DNA of 64,000 nt, taken from Lama glama. Lineage: Eukaryota. The notes under the pieces are model-generated. The model was given only the letters and a program-made list of their open reading frames with translations, was not told the DNA's origin and did not search any database. Position 1 is the first letter of the stretch, and every line of letters starts with the position of its first letter. The position numbers were made by a program, and so were the translations under genes. Shown one piece after another: positions 13,100 to 26,760 of this stretch. The DNA is taken from contig CM052817.1 in the NCBI GenBank assembly GCA_028534125.1, forward strand, positions 89,964,001-90,028,000, in the 5' to 3' direction.

Positions 13100-15590
13100 T
13101 CTAAAATAACCTAGATCATAGGAGCAGTCCTGTATACGTGGTCATTTGGTGGCCTATCATCTAGTGTTCCATCTGTGCAGAATCCCAGCAGCATGCCAAA
13201 AGCTACTCCTAGAAAGGTGCTTAAAACTCTACTCAGGATGGGTTGGGTTTTTTCCAGAGTCTCAGGGGACTTGGTTGTGATTTTTTTTATGGGGGCTTGA
13301 CAGATATTACATACTGTATTGTTTTTCAGTGATGGACATCTCTAGCACCATAGGGCTTAAGGTGTCACATGGACCCAGAGGTATAACAGCTTGCCTTATA
13401 CCTGAGACCTGCCGTAAAGCCCTTTTGTGCTCCAGGTGCCACTCAAAATTGGATAGCCTCTGACACTCAAGTCTGTGTCACACAGCATGTCGGGCTGGAG
13501 CAGTATTCCTAGATCTGGAATATGTTGCCTCAAGAACTCAAAGAGGTCTGTCAAGGGCTGTGTTTCATTCATTGTGGTTAGGGACTGATATGCCTGCAAA
13601 TAAAAACTAACTTAAGTGGCAGAACACTGAATCTTAAGAGAGTTTATTTTCCACCCCCTGGAGCATATGTGTGGTACAACAGGGCTCTAAATAATTTAGC
13701 CACCTCTTGATCAACCTGATGTCACTGCTTTAATGGATCAGTGTGATATTCTATAGACTAAGGTGGCCCAATGTTAGCTGGACTTCAGCTAGGACTCCCA
13801 TTTACTGCCTGGACCCACAAATCTCCATTCTAAGAGTGGGATCATAATGATACGGTGAGTCTCCAGGTATCAGTGCCAACTCAGACTTTTTGTCCAATAA
13901 TCTTCAAAATGTATAAGAACCACTTTCTCCAGAGTACTTGAGTAAATGTCCATCATTTCCTTTGGGCACGGCCTGGAGAAATCATTACTGTCCATATTCA
14001 CTGCAGTCTTGTAAGTTCTTCCAACTTAGAAATCTAGAGACCAGTTCAGTCAATAGATTCAAGTTTAAAAATTGGCTCAGGACAGAAATCTAAACAGAAA
14101 ATCATATTTACAGTTTCTAGCTCCTCTAATTTTTGCCTTATTCTAGGTGTAGATATTACTTTTGGCTGCCTGTCTGTCTTGTTCCTGTTCCCCCAGAACA
14201 CCATATTCTGTAAACCATTTCCACAGTTCTTTGTGGGTCAGTTGTTTTTCTACCTTACTGCTTCTTATGACAATTTTAGCTTCCTGGCCCATTCTGTGGT
14301 TAAGTGATGCCATCTGGCCTTTGCTAATTCAGGGCCCAATCAGCCCCATGTAGGATTCAGCTCTATGACCGACCTCCTTTCCTACTCATAGTCCTTGTCT
14401 GCAGGACAAATGAACTTGATAGTGATGCTTGTGCTCCTTGGAACAACTCACTCTTTGTGTGTCCTCTGGGACACGTAATCTTGAAGTGCTTTTTTTGACT
14501 TAACATAATACATCCATTGCCACATGTCCATTTCCTTTTATGGAAGTAGACCTTTTCATGCTTTTTGCTGCTCTCTGCCAGGGCAACTCAGTCATTTTGA
14601 CATGACTCAGAAATGACCATTGCTTTTTCCAGGCCTCTAAAAGTCACAAGAGCAGCGAGTTTACCCCCTCCTCCAGGGTCTTTGTCAGGGTGTTAAATCC
14701 TGTGTCCCCAGGGAGTGCTCTAAATCACTGAATTCTTCTTTATCCTGTCTTACATTCTGAATCCCTTGATTAGATTCCAACCTTGGAGGTAGTTTCTTGA
14801 CTCTTGTACATGGTATCTATTTTTTACAGCTCCTTGGGAATATAATCTCCTTCTTCCTCTATCACCAAGGTATTGATCCAGTGTCCAAGAGAGGAGATGG
14901 GGACCACTCCTTAAGGAAGCTCCTCTAACTGCTGTTCTGAGAGGAGGAAGCTTCTTCAGTGTCTTTGGCACAGATATGCTAATTCTTTCTAGGGAAAGGT
15001 GAGCACTTATGCCAGCCCTGAGGGATCGGGAGGGTCTCCAGAGACAACATCCTTGGGGCAAAAACACAGATATTTCCACCTCATATCTCAGAGTCCAAAG
15101 TTCTTCCAACCAGGATTTGACCTTAGCATAACAAATCTTCAGCAGAGCATTTAAATGTTTCTAGAGCCCTGCAATTTTCAGTTTTCTGCTCAGCTGTGTT
15201 TGTTCTTCTCCAAGAGAGAAAAGCAACTTTTAAAGCCACTAAAACGCCACTCTGAATCTTGCCTCTAGCCTTTAATTGCTGGTCTTCAGCTTCTCATTTT
15301 CATTCTGCATGCCATCAAGGCAACTTGGCAGTACTCAGCCAACTCCACTGACTTTGTAGGCTTTGTTCTCCTCTATCTTTCAAGTGTCTAAATTATCTCA
15401 CTTTCGAGACCTTTTTCGTTCACTGGAACATTTTCCAGAGTTACTGTTGGCAAAGTACTTAGCAGTTGTGCTTGTTTCAGTTACTTTCTCTGTTCCTCTC
15501 TTACCACTCAGATGGCCTTTATTTTGCCCACAGAGATTTGCTTGTATGTTTTATGTATAAATTCAATTACATCACAGCAAGAATCTCTTA
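13100..15590 (-). mobile_element. Degenerate ERVL (class III) internal region with gag and pol remnants; may extend to about 12250 beyond the MLT1A
   Basis: Minus-strand peptides RQHIPDLGILLQP (ERVL RT-like, about 13490-13530) and GVNSLLL*LLEAWKKQW...MTELPWQ (ERVL gag-like, about 14575-14668); many stops and frameshifts. Confidence 0.8.
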
Positions 15591-15619
15591 ACATCCCAGT
15601 TTGTCTGGTTTAAATCTGT

Positions 15620-17700
15620 GTTCTGGATATTCAGGGTCTTTTGTGTTTCCATACAAATTTTAGGATTGTTTTTCTATTTATGTGAAAAATGCCTTTTGAA
15701 TTTTGATAGGTATTGCATTGAAACATTTTAACAATATTAATTCCTCCAATCCATGAGCATAGAATACCTTTCCATTTATTTGTATTGTCTTCAGTCTCTT
15801 TCATCAATATCTTGTATTCTTCAATGTACAGGTATTTCAGTTCCTAATTAAGTTCATTTCGAGGGGTTTTACTCTTTTTGATGCTGTTGTAAGTGGGATT
15901 GTTTTCTTCATTTCTTTTTCAGATAGTTTGTTGTTGGTGTATAGAAATACAACTAATTTTTATACGTTGATTTTGTATCCTAAACTTCACTGAATTTTTT
16001 ATTGGTTTTAACAGTTTTTGGTCTTTAGGGTTTTCTATATATAATAATATGTCATCTTAAAATAGAGACAATTTTACTTCTTCCTTTCTGGTTTGGAGCA
16101 AAGCTGGAGACATCAAATATCCTGATTTAAAACTATATTCCAAAGCTATAGTTATCAAAACAGTATAGTATTGGCATAAAAAAACAGACACATAGATCAA
16201 TGGAACAGAATAGATAGCCCAGAAATAAACCCATGTCCAACTAATATTTGACAAAGAACCAAGAATATGCAATGAGGAAAGGATAGTTTCTTCAATGAAT
16301 GTTGTTGGGAAAACTGAATAGCCACAAGGAAAAAGAATGAAACACCTCTATCTTGCACTATACACAAAAATGAAAACAAATGGATTAAAGACTTGAATTT
16401 AAGAGCTGAATCCATAAAAATCTTATAAGAAAACATAGGGAAAGAGCTCCTTGACATTGGTTTTGGTAGAGATTATTTGGATTTGACACCAGAAACAAAG
16501 GTTACAAAGTGAAAATAAAGTGGGACTTCATCAAACTAAAAAGCTTCTACCCAGCAGAGGAAACTGTGAACAAAATGAAAAATAAACCTATGAAATGGAA
16601 GAAAATATTTGAAAACCATGTATTCAATAAGAAGTTAATATCTAAAATATACAGGGAACTCATACAACTCAATAACAACAACAAAAATGACAATTTAAAA
16701 ATGAGCAAAGTACCTAAACAGACATTTTTCCAAAGAAGATGTACAGATGGCCAACAGGTTCATGGAAGGTGCTCAATATCACTAATCATCAGGGAAACTT
16801 CAAATCAAAACCGCCATGAGATATTACCTCATACTTGTTAGGATATCTATTATCAGAAAGTCCAAGAGATGACAAATGCTGAAGAAGATGTGGAGAAAGA
16901 GAACGCTTATGTACTGTTGATGGGAATGTAAACTGGTACAGTCAATATGGAAAACAGTATGTTTCCTCAAGCAGTTAATATTAAAATACCGTATGATCCA
17001 GCAATTCCACCTCTGGGTATTTATTCAAGGAACATAAAAACACTAACGCAGAAGGGTATATGCATCCCTATGTTCATTGTAACATTATTTACAATAGCCA
17101 AGACATGGAAGCAAGCTATGTGGTATCCATTAGTGGTTGAATGAGTAAAGAAGATGTGATATATATGAATATTATATGAATATTACTCAGCCATAACCAA
17201 GAAGGAAATTTTGCCATTTTCAGCAACATGCATGGACCTTGAGGGCATCATGCTACATGAAATGTCAGATAAAGAAAGACAAATACTATATCTCAATATA
17301 TATGAAATTTAAAACAACAGCAACAACAACAAAAATGAACACATAGACACAGAGAACAGATTGATGGTTGCCAGAGGCAGAGAGTCAGAGGATGAGTAAA
17401 ATGGGTGAAGGTGGTCAAAAGGAACAACCTTCCAGTTATAAAATAAATAAGTCATTGTGATGTAATGTAGAACATGGTGACAATAGTTAATAATACTGTA
17501 TTGTATATTTCAGGTTACTAAGAGAGTAGATCTTAAAGGTTCTCATCACAAGAAAAAAAATTTTTGTAACTGTATAGTGATGGATATTGACTAGACTTAG
17601 TGTAGTGACCATTTCTCAATACTGTATACACAAATATTGAAGCATTATGTTGTACACTGAAAACAAATATAATATGTCAATTAAATCCTTGTTTAAAAAT
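15620..17700 (+). mobile_element. L1MA-like element with 5' inversion (15620-16096 antisense, 16097-17700 sense)
   Basis: ORF2 remnants KEEVKLSLF (minus), KWDFIKLKSF and IPYDPAIPPLGIY (plus), then an L1MA-type 3'UTR. Confidence 0.9.
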
Positions 17701-17877
17701 GAAAAATAGAACTACTATACAATCCAGCAATCTCTTTTTGGGTTTATATCCAAAGGAAAAGAAATCATTTTCTTGAGGAGTTATTTGTACTCCCATGTTC
17801 ACAGCAGCATTATTCACAACAGTCAAGGTATGGAAACAACCCAAGTGTCTATTGATGGATGAATGGATAAAGAAAAT

Positions 17878-17929
<52 letters not shown>

Positions 17930-18430
17930 TACATATATATATATGTATATTTATATATATATATATACATACACACACATACAATGAAATATTACTCAGC
18001 ATTACAAAAAAAAAAGGAAATCCTGTCATTTGTGACAACACAAATGGATCTTAAGGGCATTATGCTAAGTGAAATAAGCCAGACAGGGGAAAATAAACAC
18101 TGTATGGTATCTCTTATATGTGGAGTCTAAAAAAAGAAAAAAGTATCTAACTCACAGAAACAGAGGGTAGAAAAGCGATTGCTAGGGACTCAAGGGAAAT
18201 AGGAAAGGTTGATAAATGGGTACAAACAATCAGTTATAAGTTGAATAAGGTCTACAAATCTAATGTATAACATTGTGACCATAGTTGCTAAAATCCTGTA
18301 TTGTATAGTTAATTCTCTTGGGGAAAATCCTTTCACAATGTATACATATATCATCAAATCATCATATTGTACTCTTTATATATCTCACAATTTTATTTGT
18401 TGTTTATATCTCAATAAAACTGTAGCAAAA
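17701..18430 (+). mobile_element. Second L1MA-like 3' fragment containing a (TA)n(CA)n tract at 17881-17982
   Basis: MFTAALFT.VKVWKQPKC and LKGIMLSEISQ remnants; ends 'atatctcaataaaac'. Confidence 0.88.
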
Positions 18431-18649
18431 TCTATAATTAAAGTAAGTACCAGAAAATGCCAAAAACAATAACAAAACACAAAAACCTGTGGTCTGGCCG
18501 TTATTGCTAATAGCACCCTCATTCACATTCTCAGGAGCCTACTTTGCATGATAAACTTTATGGTCATCCTAATTAGAACAAAACTCTCCTATATTTTACC
18601 CACATCACAGATATATACTCTTAGCTCTGTCGGTGATAAAGCTATAATT

Positions 18650-18835
18650 TGTTGAACATTATATTCTGGGTTAAATTTCATATACTTTATCTCATTTAAT
18701 CCAGTAAGTTATCATCTCTCATTTCTAAAATGAGGAACCAGAATGTGAGAGTGATTAAATAAATTTCCAGATATTATCTAGCTGATAAGGAGTAGAAAAA
18801 GAATGTGAAACCAGATCAGTCTTGTTCCATAGCAT
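18650..18835 (-). mobile_element. MIR SINE
   Basis: 'atctcatttaatcc...ctcatttctaaaatgaggaaccaga'. Confidence 0.7.
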
Positions 18836-19399
18836 CTATATTATGATCCTTTCTATTCATACTTATTGACGCATTTTTTAAATTAATTGAAAATAGTTCC
18901 ATTTCTGTCACTAATTCCATTGGGCCTTAGTTTCCTCATCTCTAAAAGAAAGAGGCTGGATATATCATTTCAAATGTTTCTTTTAATAGGGATCTAAAAT
19001 TCTATGATTTAAATTAAGAAGCTGGCTTTATTACTATGGCTATCAAAGCAGTTACTGTGGCCTGAATTTTGCAAACACTGGAGAAACATACCCAGTTAGA
19101 AATATAGTTGTAGAAGATTCTTTTAAAAGAAGCTGCCAAATTTCCTGGAGAGTTTAATTATTCTTTTGAAAAATGACGTTTCTGTAAGGGCAATACATTA
19201 GAGATAACTTAATATTATTCAGTAATACCAAATATTGATATCTCATACCCATTCTTTTTCTTTAATTTAATTTTTATTTTTAACATAGTTTCAACAATCA
19301 AAAGGATCCATTAAGCCTATTAAGAGCAATGACAGTCACGTGTTCTCATCTCATTCTTTCAGCTCTTTCTTTAGACATTTATCTCTGTCTGTATAAATA

Positions 19400-21180
19400 A
19401 TATGCTTACAGTGCTACTCTGAGGTTTTTTTAAAGCCAATATCTATTCGTTTCCTCCTATAAAAATTAAGGACTCAATTCTCTCTTTTTTGCCATGTTTC
19501 AAACCACTGCCTGTGTGTGCACTCACACATACCACACACACCACACTTCTGCTTGCCTCCTTTTCAAAATATATTTAGAATTTTATTAGTTTAATTAGTA
19601 TTCAGCATTTAAATTATGGCAACTAAAGGTGTGAAGACTGGTCACAGTTTAGCCTTCCTATGTATCAGGATGATGTTTCCCTTCTGGCAGAACTTTGGTT
19701 TTGATGGCAATTATCTTATAATTTGCTTAGCAATCTGAGAATTAAATCACTAATTTATGCCAAAATCTCTTCCATTAGTATTAACCTTTCCTTGATACTT
19801 TCAAACACATCAGATATTTGGCTGACTTGATCTGTTAGAGAAATATTTATCAGGGTGGCTGAAACTCTCCAGTCTGGCCTGACTGCTCCCGAGGTCTGTG
19901 GCTCCATTGTCCCACTTCAAGTATCTATCTCTATCATCCTTCAGACCTCTTTCTCCTCTTTTTGCCTTAAATCTTCTTCCTAGGGCACATAGGTTTCTTT
20001 TTTTTTCTTCCTTGGTTTACATCTTTTATTTTGCTGGAGTCCCTCAACCAGTCACTTGCTGAGAAAAGAGTGAAAATGTTTTTGAGGCTATGTATGTCTG
20101 AAAAAAGTTTCCTACCATCATATTTGTTTGATAGTTGATTGAGTACACAATTATACTTTAGAAACACAATTTCCTTCAGGACTTTGAAGATGTTGCTTTT
20201 TATTTTCTCCTGGTTGCCTTGCCACTGTTGAGATATCTACTGCCATTCTGATTCCTGATCCTTTTCATGTGACCTCTACTTTCTTTTTCTCTGGAAGCTT
20301 TTAGGGCCCTCCTTTGTCAAACTTCGGTATTCCAGAATGTCAATATGATATGCTTTGATAGAGGTGGCACCGGGCACCAGGTGGTTTCCTTGGGTCTAGG
20401 AAACATGTTCCACTCCTTTGAGAAATTTTCTTGAATAATTTCTTTGATATTTTTACACCTCTCTTTTTTCTCTCTGTTTCATTTTGGAAATACTGTTTTC
20501 AGGTAATGGAATACTGATCCTCGAATTTTCTTAACTTCTCACAACTATTTCTCATCAATTTTTCAATTTTCCAATTTTCTAGGATGCTTTTTCAGTTTTA
20601 TTTTCCAGCCTCTCAAATGAGTATTTTCAAAAAATTTCTGAACATACACATACATAACACATGCAGTTATATTTTCCCAAAGAGTTCTTTTCAGCTCTCT
20701 GAATACTCATTTTGTTTCATAGCTTAGACTTTCTTCTCTTTATTTCTCTGAGTACATTAATAAATTATTTGAAATTTTTTACCCCTGATTGTTTGTTTTC
20801 TCAAAGTTCCTTTTTACTTTTCCCTGTTTTGTATTTTGATCTCTATCATTCCTGAAAGATCTTTCCTCAAATTAATGATTCCCAGTTATTCACTAATCCA
20901 CCAAAAGGAGGATTGGAAATTCTTTGGGCGTAAGTGCAACTTATGTACCTACAGGCTGATAGAACCTGAAGGAAGACTCTTCTCTCTCCTGTCTGTGAGA
21001 ATTAAATTTATTTGTGAACATTCTGATGACAAAGAAAAGGAATCAGGAAGTCACAAGTCTTAGTATATGGACTTTCAGGTAATCCTTTATTTTTAAATGG
21101 TATACGTCCTTTTAAATGAAAGATAGGAAGAAAATTTCTCCTATTTCCTGTTTATTCAGATTATGCACAAATTGTTAGGT
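19400..21180 (-). mobile_element. Highly diverged L1ME-like 5'/ORF1 region
   Basis: T-rich antisense L1 motifs 'tttgaggctatgtatgtctgaaaa', 'tttccttcaggactttgaag', 'gccattctgattcctgatcc'. Confidence 0.65.
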
Positions 21181-21199
21181 ATTTATGTGAAAGTTACAT

Positions 21200-21992
21200 A
21201 TGAATGTCTTTTAAATAAGCATACTCAACATACAAATAAAAATATAAAGAAAACATTCTGGGATTTGTAGACAAAGATGTAAAAGTGATGCAGGAAAAAC
21301 GGGTCTGGGGCGTGGGGAGGGTCATGTCCCAGGTCACCGTTGAGTCACTGGGACGTGCCCCACCAGGTGTGGGTCCTTGGCTTCACGCAGGAAAGAATTC
21401 AAGAATGAGCCACAGTTGAGTAACAGCAGATTTATTTAGAGAGATACATGCTGCAGAGAGTATAGGCTGTTTCAGAAGGCAAGAGAAAGGCCAGGAGGTG
21501 TGGATGCTCAGGTTAGAGTAAAAGCAGGTATACACACCACAGACAAAGTGCGGCTGTCTCCAAAGAGGAGGGAGCAAAAAAGGCATGCTCAAGGTGCTGT
21601 GTTGCCAGTTTTTATGGGCTTGGTAGCTTTATATGCTATTAAGTGGAAGGACCAGCCTAACTACCCTAGGGAAGGGGCTGGGATTCCCAGGAAGTTGGCC
21701 ATTTCCACACTTTGATCTTTTGTGACTAGCCTTGGGACTGTCATGGCACCTGTGGGCATGTTATTTATCATGCTGATATGTTACAATGAGCATATTATGA
21801 AGCTCAAGTTCTGCTAGAAGTCAAATCTCCTGACATCTTGAGCCTCAAGGCCTACTAGGGGTTGAATTCTCTGCCATCCTGGTGTTAATTGCTGTGTTAT
21901 TCCTTGAATGAATGTCTTTTAAATAAGCATACTCAACATACAAATAAAAATATAAAGAAAATACTCAGGATTTATAGATAAAGATGTAAAGG
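21200..21992. repeat. ~85-bp direct repeat (21200-21285 and 21908-21992) flanking an LTR fragment
   Basis: First 54 bp identical; the remaining ~32 bp carry about 7 differences. Confidence 0.95.
21286..21910 (-). mobile_element. ERV1-like LTR, truncated at its 5' side
   Basis: GC-rich block starting TG; 'ttggcttcacgcaggaaagaattcaagaatgagcca' and antisense polyA signal 'tttatt'; no terminal CA at the right end. Confidence 0.8.
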
Positions 21993-24900
21993 CATATGAC
22001 AAATGGTTGTGGTGCACAGTATGTATGTATATAGAATATACTAAGTCGTGTTTGACGAAGTGTTCCAATAAGGATCTGGTTGGAACACAAGACAATTATA
22101 GTTTTCCCAGGTATATACTACCAATCATTCTGTTCTATATCACAGATGCCAGTTTACATTTTCAATCCAATTCTGGAGAAGAATTAGAATTCCTTTATAA
22201 TTATATTCATTTGTACATGGACTGTATTGTGCATGGGGAACTATTGTTGGTTTTTTTCATGATAATAACATAAAAAGTCTTCACTAAGAATGGGACATTC
22301 TATTCTCTGCTCCTTTTTTTGGTATTAAGGATATAATATCAAAATAGCTCTCTGTATTATTCCTTTTCTTATTATTCTTCAAAACCAAAACCAAAGATAA
22401 ATCCTTACATAAAAAGATTCCCATCAGTATAATCATTTCAAAATTTTCAATGAAGGCTGAGCTTTCAGGTTTGATTCTCTCATCTCTTTAGATAAAATTC
22501 ATGGGTACTGTCATCGCATGTACTATAGGTGATGGAAGGAAGAAGCTGATGAATTTTAAAAGCTTTTTCAATATGGAGGAGGCTGGTTTATAATGTATAT
22601 AAATCTTTATAAAATGTTCACCCTTGAGCGAGGTGTGGAATATGGCAATGCCTACTTCTGTGCTGGTATCAGGCCTCATAAAAACAAATCTTATGAAATT
22701 CAGCAAGCCGCAGTAATTCTACCTTCTCTAAATTATATGGGAATTTCATACAACATAGTGATTAGGGCAATCCATGTAATAGTAACTTTTGCTTACCAAT
22801 CAGTTGTGAATTTGGTACTGGAATACAATTTTCCTGATCCTAACAGCTTTCATGGAATATACCTGAGCCCTAAAAGTTTGTACTTTGACCATAACACGAA
22901 TGGTGAGATTTTAGAAAGCTTTGGTATGTGAGACAGCCCCTCATGGCTGTGTGTGGCAGAGAAAGTCTTTTTCTCACCTTTCCCTACAGAGCAAACAGGC
23001 ATTTGACTTCCATTATATTGGTATTCAGAAGAACCCCTACTATGCATCAACAGGTTTGCTCCTTTGCTTTCTGTAAACTGGGCAGAGTGATTTTACTACA
23101 CGCAGAGAATAATCCAGCCTGCGTATCTCATCAGCTAGTGCTGTACTGCACGGGGAGATCCAGGTAGTAGGTGGACAAGGACAACACAATGCGTTCACTC
23201 CCCAAGTTCTCCAGGTTAATTTGAGAGTCCCTTTTGAAACTTTTGAACTGATATATACTACTGCATTTTTTTACTAGGTGTCATTTGGTACAGCTTCTCT
23301 GCTAATATGAGAAATTAAACTATCTGTGTTTACACTGTTCTTGTCTCAAATTAGTGAATTTACCACATTAAAATCTACTTTTACAGTCCAGGAAGAAGTT
23401 TACTGCACTTCTTACTACATATAAAATAATAATAACAACAACAACAGCAATAAAACATTTTGCTCATAAATGTTATTACCCAAAAAACTCATCAGCAGTA
23501 TCATCAGGAAAATAAGTTATAACACACTTAATATTGATTTGTTAACAATAGTTCAGGCAATGCTACTTAACCGAACTGGAAAATTTTAACACTGAGTTTA
23601 TTGATACTGATTTTGATACTTTAAGACAGGTTATAAAAAATATTATGCACATTGGTAACAACCTCTCCTGTTAGAGGAGTAGAGTGACAAGGAATAAATA
23701 ACCAATGAAATAAAATAGTGCATAAATAAGCCAGTGCACTCTACTGTAATATAAATTCTCCAGAAGAGGTAAGCTTGAGGGAAAAAAGTTTGTTCAATTT
23801 CTACTATTCTTTGAATCATATTTTCGCTGAAAATTTTTTTCTCAAGTTTATAAGGGACTATTTTGGCAGTAACTAGACAGAATCCTCCATCAGTGATTAC
23901 ACATTTTATGTTCACTTTGATATTTAAAGGTTATTATGGAAATGCACATTTTCCTTTTACCTCATTTTTTAACATAAAGAATTTCCAGAATTAAATGGAA
24001 AGATTCATTTATCCTACATCAAAGTGTATCTAAAAGTCTATAATACACATTTAGAAATACTCTAACACTCCAATCAATTTTGCCTAAACTAATTTGGATT
24101 TGCTAAAATGCAAATAAGGTTAATTTAGTTACTTTTGCTTTATTCACCATTATTGTCATCAAAAGACTTTCATTAAAAAATATATTTCCACTTAACCTAG
24201 TTGTAGTTGCTATACATAAAATTTAATGAGGTATAATTATTGGCTATTAGTGACAAACTCTGTGATAGTAATATACAGTAAATTAGAAATTTGTATTGCA
24301 GTTTTCCAGTGGTTTATCAATGTAGGCAGATTATATAGACCAAAGTACTTATCTTCACCTATGTAAACCAAATTTAAATAAATTGTTCAATATTTGTTTT
24401 TATTCTTACCTCACATTTAACACAAATAATTCAGTCTCTGATCTATAAAAAATTAGAGTGTCCGGGTTCATTAGCCTCTTGATCACATATTTTCTTATGT
24501 GGAAATGCTCTTACAAAAACAGAAGTCTAAAATCGGAATCTGAACTTGTGGAGTAAAGACATTTTTTAATTGGATCTAATTGCTACATTGCTTCCTTTGT
24601 TTTGAGATGGCTTTACAAATCCTCTGCCAGCACCATCACTTAGAGAGTTTCAGATCAGAGATTTTCATAATCAGTGAAACAATAGTATAAAGAGAAATTC
24701 TTCTCCCTGAAAATAACTGAATTTGTGAAAAATAATATGGGATGAGAAATACAAATAAAGCTCAAGGTGGGCAAAGGATTTTAAATGAACATGGACTCAG
24801 AGAGACATTGCAATTTGATACATACTCTGTGAACCCCCAGAGAGAAACAGCAATGTGGAATTACCATTAGTTTTCTGAGGATGTGGAAACTTTATTTCTC

Positions 24901-26760
24901 GTGCCAGGATATGTGAAGCAAAACCGAGTTTCCAAATGTGAAACTGTCTGGCAGGCAGTTTTATTTTTAAAAATTTTACAACTGTTGGTTGAAACTTCAG
25001 CCATTTCGAGATACTGGATGGATTTTTAAAAAATCCTGTAGCAAAAGTATTGATTTGTATTCATTCAAAGTTTAATAGTATCCAGAAAAGTTTAAGAGAA
25101 CCAAATAGCTAGATAACTCACAAAAACACATTTGCTTTTGACAGAAAAACAAACAATAAAACCATTTGGTTTTTACATTTAAGTGTATTGCGGTGCTCTT
25201 ACTGACTAAGCAATGGGATGACATTCTCAGAATAAGCATAAGGGTAGAGGAGGGGACCAATGCCTCAACTAAATAATGAAATATCAGAGAACAATTTTGG
25301 CTGTAAATGTACCATCTTCTTAAATGAATGTGCTAATTTCCCTCTTTCCCCCATAACAATCGATTTTCCCTATTATAAAAATGGAAATATTTTTACATGA
25401 ATTGAAACATTACTCTCATAGAAATGTAATCTTCAGATTTCTCCATCATATATAGAAGACTTGAATGTAGAACAATATTTAAAAATAATATCTTGCTCAT
25501 ACATTCATTCTGTTTTTATGTTCTAAAAAGCATTATATTAGTCACAGTGACATTTGTGGTGATTTTTAACTCATTCTTATTTTTTCATATTTTTGTCCAC
25601 TTTGCATTCATTTCTGTTTTTTCACATTAAAATTTTAAATATGCTAATCACAAAAAATGTAACTAATATTTTAAAAAATAATTATCAGTGTAGAATCTAT
25701 GCTAATCAATGTATTGACAATCAATGGACAAAACGAGATACACAGAATGTTTAGAAAATGCAGAGAATCTTTATCTTTAATATATTTATTCTTTGTATTT
25801 ATAATCTTAGTTTACTGTCTGCATTTGGTCTTCAGAATGAAAGGGCTCACAGCTAATATAGCTGGGATAATTGAGCATTGATGCAATTAATAGTCTCATA
25901 CTTTCAGAAGTCACACATCACATATTTGAGAAATAGAAAGTTGGATTTTCCCCAAGAAATGGAAACTCTTATGAAACATACAGAAACATATTTTCATGGT
26001 TACTTTGATACCTGGAATTCTCTCATCTTTGGATTTTTATCTGGACCTTTTTGCATCTGTAACTTCAACTCATTTGCTGATACTGCTTTAAATTTTTTGT
26101 ATGATCTATTTCTGTTAATTTATTTTATTTTCCCCTCTTTATGTCCTCACTTGCCTCCAGGTCTGAATTTTCTTTCTTCCTTTTTAAAAATTAAGTTCTC
26201 ATTTGGGAAACCGACCATTTTAAAATCAGCACTCTGCTCTGTAAACCTTGTCCTTGGAGTTCACCTCAGTTGTGGATACATACCCTGGATTTAACACTTT
26301 TTTATCCATAAGCACTTGAGCATATTCCTGACCTTGCCTTTCCTCTACATACCAGTATCCCTGGGTTCCTGCCTGTAGGGTTTCCTACTGCCATTCTTTG
26401 TCATTCAAAACTGAGATTTTTAAGTTTTACCTGCCCCTTGATACTATTACCTAATAATCTTACCTATGGATTAAATATACAATACAAATAGAAAAAGATT
26501 TCTGCAGCATTCTTTAAGCCTATGCAGCACAAGAGATAACATTGCTTTTAAAATCTTTTTTCTCTTTTATTGACCAATAAAACTCAGTTGAGAGCTTATA
26601 TGTCAGTGTCATTACCCACAATCATGATATTTGGGAATTCCTCTTAGAGATTTGGGTTCTCTTCACAAAATTAATCAGCAATATTAAAAGCCTTCATAAT
26701 ATTGCAATTGAGCCTTATATCATAAACCTTCCCAGCTTGTGAGTAAGTAAATCATGTTAC

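Noticed and set aside
17677..18054. YI-repeat peptides
   Set aside because: Translation of a (TA)n(CA)n microsatellite
16057..18130. L1 ORF2-like ORFs (also 46447-47466 and 60637-60861) as functional CDS
   Set aside because: Fragmented by stops and frameshifts within truncated L1 copies
22593..22931. 112-aa plus-strand ORF
   Set aside because: No recognisable domain or family, and a length achievable by chance
25878..26294. 138-aa ORF
   Set aside because: Non-ATG start in the track, F/L-rich composition from T-rich DNA, no homology recognised
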